NCBI GenBank assembly: GCA_000989515.1 | Contig: LBOM01000003.1 | Span: forward strand, 15,411-79,410 | DNA from: Candidatus Nomurabacteria bacterium GW2011_GWE1_32_28 | GTDB lineage: Bacteria; Patescibacteriota; Minisyncoccia; Phycocordibacterales; UBA9973 | Reading direction: 5' to 3' | Length of the DNA stretch: 64,000 nucleotides | Shown: one piece after another, positions 49,884-59,461 of the stretch | Position numbering within the stretch: the stretch's first letter is position 1 | How the letters are laid out: every line of letters begins with the position of its first letter | Position numbers and translations under genes: made by a program | The notes under the pieces: generated by a model | What the model was told of the DNA's origin: nothing | Seen by the model: the letters and a program-made list of their open reading frames with translations, nothing else | Databases searched by the model: none

Positions 49884-50312
49884 TTATTTTTTATTTTCAA
49901 CCTTTTTTGTTGAAACTTTTTTACTTTTAGTTTCTTTTACAACTGTTGAAACAACCTTATTGACTAATTTTCCTTTTTTAACTTTTTCAGTTTTTTCGGC
50001 CAACACAAGAGTAACATGACTAGTGCGCTTGTTTATCCTGTGGCCTGTTCCCATAGCTGCTGGCATCATTCTTTTCATTATAATTCCCTTATCTACACGT
50101 AATTCTTTTATATATAAATTTTCTTTTTTTACTCCAAGTTGAAAAGCATTTGAAACGGCTGAAAGTAAAAGCTTCTTAATCGGAAATCCTGCACGTTTTA
50201 CTAAAAAATCTAGCATTGGTATAGCTTCATCTACTTTTTTCCCTTTAATAAGTCCTGCAACTAAACGAACTTTTCTTGGAGCTTGTCTATAATTTTTTAA
50301 AAATGCTTTCAT
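49884..50312 (-). CDS. rplV: 50S ribosomal protein L22
   Basis: 142 aa, conserved L22 core with Lys-rich C-tail. Confidence 0.85.
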   Translation of the reverse strand: MKAFLKNYRQAPRKVRLVAGLIKGKKVDEAIPMLDFLVKRAGFPIKKLLLSAVSNAFQLGVKKENLYIKELRVDKGIIMKRMMPAAMGTGHRINKRTSHVTLVLAEKTEKVKKGKLVNKVVSTVVKETKSKKVSTKKVENKK

Positions 50313-50318
50313 ATAATT

Positions 50319-50663
50319 TTATTTTTTAGCACCAACTGCAGCTGTAGTAGCAGACCTGGCTTGTGTTATTTCAGCTTCTTTTTTCTTTTGCTCAAGTTCT
50401 TTTTGCATTTTACCTCCATGCTTCATAAATTTCTTTGTAGGTGAAAATTCTCCTAACCTGTGCCCAACCATATCTTCAGTAACAAGAACTTCAATGTGTG
50501 TTTTTCCATTATGAACACCAAAAACAAAACCCACCATTTCAGGTGAAATCTGACAGGCTCTTTTCCAAGTCTTTATCATTGGAGTTTGAAGTGGATTCTT
50601 GCCAGCTATCTTAAGCAATAGTCCCTCATCTATATTTAAACCTTTTTTAATTGATCTTGTCAT
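50319..50663 (-). CDS. rpsS: 30S ribosomal protein S19
   Basis: MTRSIKKGLNIDEGLLLKI...HNGKTHIEV. Confidence 0.9.
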   Translation of the reverse strand: MTRSIKKGLNIDEGLLLKIAGKNPLQTPMIKTWKRACQISPEMVGFVFGVHNGKTHIEVLVTEDMVGHRLGEFSPTKKFMKHGGKMQKELEQKKKEAEITQARSATTAAVGAKK

Positions 50664-50887
50664 AAATACTAAATAAAAAGCTCTTAACGAGCTTCATGTC
50701 ATCATATCAAAATATAAAATAAAGTCAAATTTTAAAATTATCATTAAATCTACTAGGTCATTTAAAATCTAGTTGCAGAATTTTAAATATGTTGTGTAAT
50801 ATTCTTATAAAATATCCTATGATAAAATTTTGTCTTAAATTTTTCTTATGATTCTACTAATAAATTAGAAAAACAATATTATTAAAA

Positions 50888-50921
50888 TTAAAAATGGATG
50901 CCTAACATCCATTTTTAATTA
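50888..50921. terminator. intrinsic terminator/attenuator inside the S10 cluster (after rplB, before rpsS)
   Basis: aaaatggatg-cctaa-catccatttt 7-bp stem with A/T flanks, inside a 266-bp AT-rich gap. Confidence 0.55.
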
Positions 50922-50929
50922 ATTATTTT

Positions 50930-51769
50930 TTATTTTCTCTTACTAGTCTTTCTTCTAGAAACTATAAATACATTTGAATATTTCTTTGGTGTACGTGTCT
51001 TTCTTCCACCTGTCACCTTACCCCACATAGTCTTAGGACGCTTTGTACCTCGGCCTTGTCTTCCCTCACCTCCTCCATATGGATGATCTACTGGGTTCAT
51101 GGCGGTACCTCTCACTGTAGGTCTTATTCCTTTCCAACGAGAACGTCCTGCTTTACCATAATTTTCTAAATGATGTTCTTCATTTGAAACAGTACCAACA
51201 GATGCCCAACATTTTTCATCAACTTTCCTAACCTCAGAAGATGGCATTTTTATATTTGTATAACCATCTGCATTAGCTACTACTTGTGCAAAAATTCCAG
51301 CAGAACGGCCAATCTTAGAACCACCTCTTGGTTTTAATTCAATATTATAAACAAAGGTTCCAACTGGAATATTTTTTAAAGGCAACCTATTTCCAACTGT
51401 GAGTTCTGCTTTTTCTGAAACAATAAAAGACATGCCTGGTTTTATAGATTTTGGAAGAATTACATATCTTTTTTCTCCATCTCTATAAACAGCCAAACCA
51501 ATAAAAGCACTTCTGTTTGGATCATATTCAATAGATTTTATTTTTGCAGGAATATCCTTTTTGTTATACAAAAAATCAACATCACGAAAAAGACGCTTGT
51601 GTCCTCCACCTTTGTGTCTCATAGTGATACGTCCAGCACTATTTCTTCCGACAGAACGCCTAAAACCAGAAGTAAGAGACTTTGTTGGTTTTGTTTTAGT
51701 CAAAATATCACGATAATTGATATTTGTCATTTGTCTTCTTGATTTACTTGTAGGTTTATATGTCTTCAT
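50930..51769 (-). CDS. rplB: 50S ribosomal protein L2
   Basis: 279 aa; GRNSAGRITMRHKGGGHKR and C-terminal GGGEGR motifs. Confidence 0.95.
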   Translation of the reverse strand: MKTYKPTSKSRRQMTNINYRDILTKTKPTKSLTSGFRRSVGRNSAGRITMRHKGGGHKRLFRDVDFLYNKKDIPAKIKSIEYDPNRSAFIGLAVYRDGEKRYVILPKSIKPGMSFIVSEKAELTVGNRLPLKNIPVGTFVYNIELKPRGGSKIGRSAGIFAQVVANADGYTNIKMPSSEVRKVDEKCWASVGTVSNEEHHLENYGKAGRSRWKGIRPTVRGTAMNPVDHPYGGGEGRQGRGTKRPKTMWGKVTGGRKTRTPKKYSNVFIVSRRKTSKRK

Positions 51770-51776
51770 GATTTTA

Positions 51777-51800
51777 AATTCGTAATTCGTAATTTTTAAT
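51777..51800. repeat. tandem AATTCGTAATT motif upstream of rplB
   Basis: aaattcgtaattcgtaatttttaa. Confidence 0.6.
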
Positions 51801-51803
51801 TGA

Positions 51804-52082
51804 TTATATAAATTCTATCTTATCTTCTTTCTTTAAATAAACAACAGCTTTTTTTCCACCACCCCTAACCCCCTTTTTACCTTTTGAAATGATATCTTTA
51901 TATGGAATTGGAAGTATATTAACTTTTGTTGGCTTTACTTTATAAAGTGAAAAAATAGCTTTTTTAATTTCTTTTTTATTTGCAGATGCATCAACATTAA
52001 AAGTGTAAATATTTTGTTCAAAAACATTACTTGCTTTTTCTGTCACTCTTGGATTTTTAATTGGACTTTTAATTGTCTTCAT
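51804..52082 (-). CDS. rplW: 50S ribosomal protein L23
   Basis: 92 aa, PRVTEKA...YTFNVD. Confidence 0.85.
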   Translation of the reverse strand: MKTIKSPIKNPRVTEKASNVFEQNIYTFNVDASANKKEIKKAIFSLYKVKPTKVNILPIPYKDIISKGKKGVRGGGKKAVVYLKKEDKIEFI

Positions 52083-52120
52083 CTTTTTTAAAAATTGTAA
52101 TTAATAATTCGTAATTATTT

Positions 52121-52780
52121 TTATCCTCTAGATTCTAAAAACTTAATACTATTCTCAGGATTTTCTATTAAGAGATACTGATACTTCAAAACATCAAGAG
52201 GGTTTAAATTTTTAAGAAAAACTATCTCAAGTTGAGGTAAATTTCTAAAACTCTTCTCTGATTTTTCACTTCTTTCATATAAAGCAGTTAAAACTCTAGG
52301 TTTCTTTGAATTTGCAAGTGGCTTAAAACCAGACGCTTTTGAGAGATTTTTCATAACATCCAACCCTTTTTTTGTTTTAGATTCAGTCATAGAAAGAGAA
52401 TCAACAAAAAGAATTTCTCCATCTTTCATTTTTTTTGAAAGAACAGAAAATAAAGCTTGCGCACGCATTTTTTTAGAAATTTTTCTTTTATAATTCTTTT
52501 CAGAAAGTGGACCATGTGTAACACCACCACCAACCCAAATAGGACTTCTGCTTGAACCATGACGAGCACGTCCTGTCCCCTTTTGTTTCCATGGCTTTTT
52601 GCCTCCACCTCTTACTTCACCACGATCTTTTGTATCTGCAGTTCCTGAACGTTTGTTTGAACGCATACCTTCTACAACCTGATGCACCAAGTCTGCGCGC
52701 CATTTTACTCCAAAAACCTTAGAAGGCAATTTGATTGTCCCAGATACGGTTCCTTTTTGGTTGTATATTGTTGCTTCCAT
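52121..52780 (-). CDS. rplD: 50S ribosomal protein L4
   Basis: 219 aa; GGGKKPWKQKGTGRARHGS conserved loop. Confidence 0.9.
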   Translation of the reverse strand: MEATIYNQKGTVSGTIKLPSKVFGVKWRADLVHQVVEGMRSNKRSGTADTKDRGEVRGGGKKPWKQKGTGRARHGSSRSPIWVGGGVTHGPLSEKNYKRKISKKMRAQALFSVLSKKMKDGEILFVDSLSMTESKTKKGLDVMKNLSKASGFKPLANSKKPRVLTALYERSEKSEKSFRNLPQLEIVFLKNLNPLDVLKYQYLLIENPENSIKFLESRG

Positions 52781-52801
52781 TTCTTAATTCGTAATTTATA
52801 A

Positions 52802-53422
52802 TTATCTACTAATTATTTCTACTAAAGTTCCACGCTTACCTGCTATTGCTCCTTTTATAAGCATAATATTATTTTCTTTATCTATAAAAATAACTTTCAA
52901 ATTTTTCTGTGTTATACGATCTCCACCCATTCTACCTGCCATTCTCATTCCCTTTGGAACATGTGTACGCAAACCTCCACCAATAGAACCTGGCTCTCTT
53001 TCAGAATGCTTCTGACCATGAGAACGTGGACCTCCGTGGAATCCATGACGTTTAACAACACCTTGAAAACCTTTTCCTTTTGAAATACTTGAAACTTGTA
53101 ATTTATCTCCAACAACAAAAGATGAAACATCAATAATATCTCCTTCTTTTGTATTACTTATATCTGTAGGTTTTAATCTAAACTCTTTAAGTTCTTTATA
53201 GAAAGCTCCTTTCATTGCTCCAGCACTAGATTTTGTAACCCTACTTTCCTTTTGAACACCAAAACCTACTTGTATAGAATTGTAGCCATCTTTAGATTTT
53301 TCAAAAACTTTAGTTATTGTTACTGGTCCAGCAGAAACAATAGTTACTGGAAAAACCTTCCCTTCTGGAGAAAAATATTCTGTCATATTCTCTTTTTTTC
53401 CCAATATAAATTTCATGTTCAA
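52802..53422 (-). CDS. rplC: 50S ribosomal protein L3
   Basis: 206 aa; GKGFQGVVKRHGF motif. Confidence 0.9.
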   Translation of the reverse strand: MNMKFILGKKENMTEYFSPEGKVFPVTIVSAGPVTITKVFEKSKDGYNSIQVGFGVQKESRVTKSSAGAMKGAFYKELKEFRLKPTDISNTKEGDIIDVSSFVVGDKLQVSSISKGKGFQGVVKRHGFHGGPRSHGQKHSEREPGSIGGGLRTHVPKGMRMAGRMGGDRITQKNLKVIFIDKENNIMLIKGAIAGKRGTLVEIISR

Positions 53423-53461
53423 TTTCTAATTGATAATTCGTAATTTTTAATTTTTAATTTT

Positions 53462-53863
53462 TTAAAGCATTCTTACATCAATATCAACTCCGGATGGAAG
53501 AGATAAGTTTGTAAGAGATTCAACTGTTTTAGGATTTGGATTTATAATATCAATTAATCTTTTATGAACTCTTATTTCAAATTGTTCTCGTGTGTTTTTA
53601 TAAATAAAAGATGCACGATTAACTGTATATTTCTTAATCTCTGTTGGTAGTGGAACTGGTCCTATTATTTCTGCATCATAACGCATAGCTGTGTCTATAA
53701 TCTGTTTTACTGACGCATCCAAGATCTTACTCTCGTAAGCACGAACTCTAATGCGAAGTACCACTTGTCCTGTTTCTTTTTTTTCTTTCTTTAAAGAAGC
53801 TTTCTTAACTTTTTTTTCAGCCAAGACCTTAGATTTTTTTGTTTTTAATTCTTTAGTTGCCAT
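53462..53863 (-). CDS. rpsJ: 30S ribosomal protein S10 with ~30-aa Lys-rich N-terminal extension
   Basis: C-terminal 100 aa align with S10 (RIRVRAYESKILD...). Confidence 0.85.
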   Translation of the reverse strand: MATKELKTKKSKVLAEKKVKKASLKKEKKETGQVVLRIRVRAYESKILDASVKQIIDTAMRYDAEIIGPVPLPTEIKKYTVNRASFIYKNTREQFEIRVHKRLIDIINPNPKTVESLTNLSLPSGVDIDVRML

Positions 53864-53882
53864 GCAATTTAACTATATATAA

Positions 53883-55079
53883 TTAACCTAAAATCTTAGT
53901 AACAACTCCAGCTCCAACAGTCTTACCTCCTTCACGAATAGCAAATCTTTGTGCTTCTTCAAGAGCAACTGGTGTAACTAATTTAACTGTAAGATTATTT
54001 ACTGTATCTCCTGGCATAACCATTTCTACACCATCAGCTAAAGTAACATCTCCTGTAACATCTGTAGTACGAATATAAAATTGAGGTTTATAGCCTTTAA
54101 AGAAAGGAGTATGTCTTCCTCCTTCTTCTTTTTTCAAAACATATATTTCACAAGTAAAATGATCATGAGGAGTAACTGTACCTGGTTTTGCAAGAACTTG
54201 TCCACGAGTAATATCTTCTTTCTTTAAACCACGAAGTAATATTCCAGCATTGTCTCCAGCCATACCTTCTTGAAGATTCTTGTTAAACATTTCAATACCT
54301 GTAACAGTAGTTTTTTGAGTAGCTTTAATTCCAACAATTTCTACTTCTTCTCCAATCTTGATTACTCCTCTTTCAATCTTACCAGTTACAACAGTACCAC
54401 GGCCTTCAATTGAGAATATATCTTCAACTGGCATAAGAAATGGCTTTGTAACATCTCTTATTGGAACAGGAATATAGGTATCAAGAGCATCTGTAAGTTC
54501 AAGAATTTTCTTTGCCCATTCATCATTTACATCTTTAGATTCAAGTGCCTTAAGAGCAGAACCTCTTATAATAGGAGCATTTGCACCATCAAAACCTTGC
54601 TTTGTTAGAAGTTCACGGATTTCCTCTTCAACTAAATCAAGCATGTCTTTATCGTCAACCATGTCGCACTTGTTCAAGAAAACAATCATTTTTGGAACAC
54701 CAACTTGTTTTGCAAGAAGAACATGTTCACGAGTTTGTGGCATAGCACCATCAGTAGCTGCAACGACTAAAATAGCACCATCCATTTGGGCAGCACCAGT
54801 TATCATATTTTTAATGTAGTCAGCGTGTCCTGGAGCATCAATATGTGCATAGTGACGAGCATCAGTAGCATATTCATTGTGTGAAATATTAATCGTAATT
54901 CCACGAGCTTTCTCTTCAGGTGCATTGTCAATTTGACTAACATCACGAAGTCTAACTGTCTTACCAGCCAAACTAAGCACGTGAAGTATCGCTGCTGTTA
55001 AAGTTGTCTTACCATGGTCAACATGACCGATTGTACCAACATTTACGTGTGGTTTATCTCTTTTAAATTCCTCTGCCAT
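53883..55079 (-). CDS. tuf: elongation factor Tu
   Basis: [26 protein letters not shown] motifs; 398 aa. Confidence 0.97.
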   Translation of the reverse strand: MAEEFKRDKPHVNVGTIGHVDHGKTTLTAAILHVLSLAGKTVRLRDVSQIDNAPEEKARGITINISHNEYATDARHYAHIDAPGHADYIKNMITGAAQMDGAILVVAATDGAMPQTREHVLLAKQVGVPKMIVFLNKCDMVDDKDMLDLVEEEIRELLTKQGFDGANAPIIRGSALKALESKDVNDEWAKKILELTDALDTYIPVPIRDVTKPFLMPVEDIFSIEGRGTVVTGKIERGVIKIGEEVEIVGIKATQKTTVTGIEMFNKNLQEGMAGDNAGILLRGLKKEDITRGQVLAKPGTVTPHDHFTCEIYVLKKEEGGRHTPFFKGYKPQFYIRTTDVTGDVTLADGVEMVMPGDTVNNLTVKLVTPVALEEAQRFAIREGGKTVGAGVVTKILG

Positions 55080-55204
55080 AATATTTTTTTTAATAATGAG
55101 AACTCAGTGTACGAGAACCCCCTGTCCGCCTCTGGAGGAAGTCACTAAGGTCTTATTACTAATTTATCCGTTTTTGGACGAATAGAGTTAGCTAATAAAT
55201 TTAT

Positions 55205-55240
55205 AAAAATGCAATATAAAAACTGCGAAAGTGCAGTTGC
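55205..55240 (-). terminator. intrinsic terminator after fusA
   Basis: on the minus strand ggcaactgc-actttc-gcagtt followed by TTTTTATATTGCATTTTT. Confidence 0.55.
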
Positions 55241-55286
55241 CTATATAGTAGCAAATTAAAAAATAATGTCAAATATAAATTTAATA

Positions 55287-57437
55287 TTATTTTCTAGCTG
55301 CAATAATAACATCAGCTACATTATTAGGTACGATGTCATAACGCAAAAATTCCATAGTGAATGATGCACGTCCTTCTGTCATAGAACGAAGTCCTGTCAT
55401 GTATCCAAACATTTCAGAAAGAGGAACTATACCATTCAAAACTTTATTCATACCCCTATCTTCCATTCCTTCAATAATTCCACGTTTTGAAGAAAGATTC
55501 CCTGTAATATCTCCCATAAATTTTTCTGGAGTAACAACTTCAACTTTCATCATAGGTTCCAAAATAACTGGCTTTGCTCTTCTGCAAGCATCTTGTATTG
55601 CCATAGAAGCAGCAATCTTAAATGCCATTTCATTTGAGTCAACTTCGTGATAACTACCGTCCCAAAGCTCCACAGAAACATTTACCATTTTAAATCCAGC
55701 AAGAACTCCACGATCAAGACCCTCTCTAAATCCTTTTTCACAAGGAGCAATATATTCTTGTGGAATAACACCTCCTCTAATAGTATTTATAAATTCAAAT
55801 CCATTAGCTCGTTTTGTGTTTTTAGGTAGATCTTCAACCTCTTCTTTTGTAAGAGAAGTCATTGGTTTTACTTTGATCTTAACGTGACCATAATTTCCTC
55901 GTCCACCAGATTGTTTAATATATTTACCTTCTGCATCTGAAGTACCTATGATGGTCTCTCTATAGGCCACTTGTGGTTTACCAACATTAGCGTCAACAGT
56001 AAACTCTCTTTTCATACGATCAACAATAATTTCGAGGTGAAGTTCTCCCATTCCAGCGATGATTGTCTCCCCTGTTTCTTGGTCTGTGGAAACTTTAAAT
56101 GTAGGATCCTCTTGTGCAAGACGATTAAGAGCCATTCCCATTTTTTCTTGGTCAGCCTTTGTTTTTGGTTCAATACGTAATTGAATAACTGGTTCAGGAA
56201 AAATTATTCTATCTAATTCAATCGGATTTGTTTCATCACAAATAGTATCAGAAGTAATAGTATCTTTTAATCCTACAGCTGCGGCTATTTCTCCAGCAAA
56301 AACTGTTTTCATTTCTTCTCTGTCGTTTGCATGCATACGTAATATTCTACCAATACGTTCTTTGTTTCTAGTTCTTGGATTATAAATATAAGAACCAGCA
56401 GATAATGTACCAGAATAAACCCTAAAGAAAATAAGTTGTCCAACAAAAGGATCTGTAGCAACTTTAAATGCAAGCGCAGAAAAAGGTTCAGAGTCTGAAG
56501 CATTTCTAACAATAGGCTCATCATTCTTATCTGGATTTGTTCCTGTTATCGGTGGAATATCAAGCGGAGAAGGTAGATAATCTACAACTCCATCAAGTAC
56601 CAACTGAACACCCTTATTTTTTAAAGCAGAGCCAGCATAAACTGGAAAAATCTCATTAGCAATAACTCCTTTTCTTAAAAGTTTTTTCAAAACAACCATA
56701 TCTGGAATTTTTCCTTCCAAATAATCATTCATAACTGAATCATCTTGTTCTACAATTTTTTCTATAAGTTCGTTGTGATATTTTTCTGCCTCTGCTTTCA
56801 TATCTTCTGGAATCTCTTTTTCAATAACCTTATTTCCCATTTCTCCCTCGAAGTAAAAAGCCTTCATTGTAAATAAATCTACAACCCCTTCATGTTTTTC
56901 TTCAAGACCAATAGGAATCTGCATTCTAACAGCTTTTTTTGTAAGACGATCTAAAATAGTCGCATATGAATGTTCAAAAGATGCTCCAGTTCTATCTAGC
57001 TTATTAACAAAACAAATACGAGGAACCTTAGCTTCATCAGCATAACGCCAGTTTGTTTCAGATTGAGGTTCTACTCCAGCCACACCATCAAAAACAACAA
57101 CAGCACCATCTAGTACTCGAAGAGATCTTTTGACCTCAACCGTAAAATCGATATGTCCTGGAGTATCAATAATATTAAAACGATGTTTTTTATTTTTATC
57201 AGTACCAGCATAAGTTGGAGTCCAAAAACAAGTAACGGCAGCTGACGTAATAGTAATACCTCTCTCTCTTTCTTGTTCCATCCAGTCAGTGGTCGTCTCT
57301 CCATCATGGACTTCACCTATTTTATGAGATACACCAGTATAAAAAAGAACACGTTCAGTAGTGGTTGTTTTTCCTGCATCGATATGAGCAATAATTCCAA
57401 TATTCCTAACTTTTTCTAGTGGATAGTCTCTTTCCAT
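55287..57437 (-). CDS. fusA: elongation factor G
   Basis: 716 aa; [21 protein letters not shown] motifs. Confidence 0.97.
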   Translation of the reverse strand: MERDYPLEKVRNIGIIAHIDAGKTTTTERVLFYTGVSHKIGEVHDGETTTDWMEQERERGITITSAAVTCFWTPTYAGTDKNKKHRFNIIDTPGHIDFTVEVKRSLRVLDGAVVVFDGVAGVEPQSETNWRYADEAKVPRICFVNKLDRTGASFEHSYATILDRLTKKAVRMQIPIGLEEKHEGVVDLFTMKAFYFEGEMGNKVIEKEIPEDMKAEAEKYHNELIEKIVEQDDSVMNDYLEGKIPDMVVLKKLLRKGVIANEIFPVYAGSALKNKGVQLVLDGVVDYLPSPLDIPPITGTNPDKNDEPIVRNASDSEPFSALAFKVATDPFVGQLIFFRVYSGTLSAGSYIYNPRTRNKERIGRILRMHANDREEMKTVFAGEIAAAVGLKDTITSDTICDETNPIELDRIIFPEPVIQLRIEPKTKADQEKMGMALNRLAQEDPTFKVSTDQETGETIIAGMGELHLEIIVDRMKREFTVDANVGKPQVAYRETIIGTSDAEGKYIKQSGGRGNYGHVKIKVKPMTSLTKEEVEDLPKNTKRANGFEFINTIRGGVIPQEYIAPCEKGFREGLDRGVLAGFKMVNVSVELWDGSYHEVDSNEMAFKIAASMAIQDACRRAKPVILEPMMKVEVVTPEKFMGDITGNLSSKRGIIEGMEDRGMNKVLNGIVPLSEMFGYMTGLRSMTEGRASFTMEFLRYDIVPNNVADVIIAARK

Positions 57438-57447
57438 ATATTTTTAT

Positions 57448-57918
57448 TTACCAAGCAAAATGAGCAAAAGCCTTGTTTGCTTCAGCCATCTTATGGGTAT
57501 CGTCTTTCTTTTTAATAGCAGCACCTTCGTTTTTGGAAGCAGCGATCAATTCATCAGCAAGTTTTAAGTGCATAGGTCGTCCTTTTGTCTTTCTTGCAGC
57601 ATCACGAATCCAACGCATAGCAAGAGCAAGACGGCGCTCAGGTCGGACTTCTCTTGGTACTTGATAGTTTGCACCTCCAATACGTTTTGAACGTACTTCT
57701 GTCATAGGACCAGCATTTTTCATCGCTAAATCAAAAATCTCAAGAGGATTAGGGTTACCTGTCTTTTCCTTTATTATATCAAAGGCTTTGTAAACTATCT
57801 TTCTAGAAGTTTCTTTTTTTCCAGACCACATAACATAATTAATAAATTTCTCCAATTTTTGAGAATTGTAGATAAAATCTGGATTTACTATGTTTCTATT
57901 GTTAACTTTGCCTCTCAT
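57448..57918 (-). CDS. rpsG: 30S ribosomal protein S7
   Basis: 156 aa conserved S7. Confidence 0.9.
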   Translation of the reverse strand: MRGKVNNRNIVNPDFIYNSQKLEKFINYVMWSGKKETSRKIVYKAFDIIKEKTGNPNPLEIFDLAMKNAGPMTEVRSKRIGGANYQVPREVRPERRLALAMRWIRDAARKTKGRPMHLKLADELIAASKNEGAAIKKKDDTHKMAEANKAFAHFAW

Positions 57919-57953
57919 TTTTTAATTCTTAATTTGTAATTAATAATTCTAAA

Positions 57954-58376
57954 TTATTTCTTTGCTTCTTTTGGTCTCTTGTTTCCATATAGAGATCTAC
58001 CTTGTCTACGTTTTTCGACTCCTTGAGTGTCTAAAACTCCACGTACTATGTGATACCTAACTCCGATCAAGTCTTTAACACGTCCACCACGAAGCATTAC
58101 CACAGAGTGTTCTTGAAGATTATGTCCTTCACCTGGAATATATGCTGTTACTTCCATACCATTAGTTAAACGAACTCTCGCTATCTTTCGAAGAGCTGAG
58201 TTTGGTTTCTTTGGAGTAGTTGTAGAAACTTTAGTACACACACCACGTTTAAATGGAGCTGGAAAGAATACTGGTTTATTTTTTAAAACATTAAAACCTC
58301 GTGCTAAAGCAACAGTCTTTGATTTAGAATGAGTCTTTACTCTATTTTTTTTAATTAATTGGTTTATTGTTGGCAT
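57954..58376 (-). CDS. rpsL: 30S ribosomal protein S12
   Basis: [10 protein letters not shown]...[10 protein letters not shown]. Confidence 0.95.
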   Translation of the reverse strand: MPTINQLIKKNRVKTHSKSKTVALARGFNVLKNKPVFFPAPFKRGVCTKVSTTTPKKPNSALRKIARVRLTNGMEVTAYIPGEGHNLQEHSVVMLRGGRVKDLIGVRYHIVRGVLDTQGVEKRRQGRSLYGNKRPKEAKK

Positions 58377-58421
58377 AATTTAATACAGGCCTTAGGCTCT
58401 AGGTATTAGCTAAAACCTAAA

Positions 58422-58450
58422 CCTAAAACAAAAGAGTCCAAAGACTCTTG
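58422..58450 (-). terminator. intrinsic terminator after the M50 protease gene, upstream of rpsL
   Basis: agagtc-caaa-gactct hairpin with T-run on the minus strand. Confidence 0.45.
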
Positions 58451-58473
58451 GAAATAATATACTATTAAAAAAA

Positions 58474-59097
58474 TCAAATTGCAAGCCCTGTGATAAGTTG
58501 AAACAAATAAATCAATATTGGATATAAATAATCAACCAAGAAAACAATAAAAAACAAAATCAAAACAAGTGCATATTGCTCAAAAAAAGAGATAACTTTA
58601 TAAAAAGAACTCGGCAAAAGTGAGAAAAGTATTTTGGAACCATCAAGAGGTGGAATGGGTACAAGATTAAAAATAGCTAATCCTAGATTAATAAAAACTA
58701 TTGAGGAAAGTATAGAAATAAATTTAACAGACAAAATATCAACAAAAGAAAAATAAAAAGAAAAACGTAAAATAAGTCCAAAAAAAGTTGCTACCAAAAG
58801 ATTTGCTAAAACTCCAGCAGATGCGACAGCGACAGTTCCCCATTTTTTATTACTAAGATTCTCGGGATTATAAGGTACTGGTTTTGCCCAACCAAATAAA
58901 AATGGAGAATGTGTCAATACTAAAAACAAAGGTAGAATAATTGAACCAAATATATCTAAATGTTTTAAAGGATTTAATGTAAGACGACCTGCATATAATG
59001 CTGTTCTGTCGTCAAACCACAATGCAACAAAACCATGAGAAACTTCATGTATTACGACCGACATTATAAGTATGGCTATAAAAAAAATATTATCCAT
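58474..59097 (-). CDS. site-2 protease family (M50) zinc metalloprotease, small type
   Basis: HEVSHG (HExxH) in first TM helix; 207 aa polytopic. Confidence 0.7.
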   Translation of the reverse strand: MDNIFFIAILIMSVVIHEVSHGFVALWFDDRTALYAGRLTLNPLKHLDIFGSIILPLFLVLTHSPFLFGWAKPVPYNPENLSNKKWGTVAVASAGVLANLLVATFFGLILRFSFYFSFVDILSVKFISILSSIVFINLGLAIFNLVPIPPLDGSKILFSLLPSSFYKVISFFEQYALVLILFFIVFLVDYLYPILIYLFQLITGLAI

Positions 59098-59171
59098 ATT
59101 GATTTTAATTAATCTTAAAAATTTAAACTTGATAAACTACTCAGTATATGATAGCATACAGAAACTACATT

Positions 59172-59420
59172 ATGAAAACATGTACAATATCAAAAAAGGG
59201 TTCAATAGTCGGTGGCGGGTATTCAAACAGAACTCGTGCTACTAAATTCAACCCAACTGGAAAGAAAAGAAAATATCCAAATCTTCAAAAGAAGAAAGTT
59301 TTTGTGCCTGAATTAAATAAAAGTATAAATATAGAAATCTCTACTCGTGGTATGCGCACAATGACCAAAAATGGCGTCTACAAAACTCTTCTAAAAGCCG
59401 GCCTCGTAAAAGCAAAATAA
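59172..59420 (+). CDS. rpmB: 50S ribosomal protein L28
   Basis: start at MKTCTISKKGSIVGGGYSNRTRATKFNPTGKKRKYPNLQ; basic 82-aa protein. Confidence 0.7.
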   Translation: MKTCTISKKGSIVGGGYSNRTRATKFNPTGKKRKYPNLQKKKVFVPELNKSINIEISTRGMRTMTKNGVYKTLLKAGLVKAK

Positions 59421-59430
59421 ATTTTAATCA

Positions 59431-59459
59431 AAAAAAATCCCCAACTGGGGATTTTTTTA
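59431..59459. terminator. bidirectional intrinsic terminator between rpmB (+) and DEAD-box helicase (-)
   Basis: aaaaaaa-atcccc-aact-ggggat-ttttttt. Confidence 0.7.
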
Positions 59460-59461
59460 AT

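Noticed and set aside
45475-53465. Tandem ttcgtaatt repeats as a possible CRISPR array or minisatellite
   Set aside because: Units are ~14 bp with no intervening unique spacers; copies are dispersed as 1-3 unit clusters placed gene by gene, which fits a cis-regulatory element rather than CRISPR
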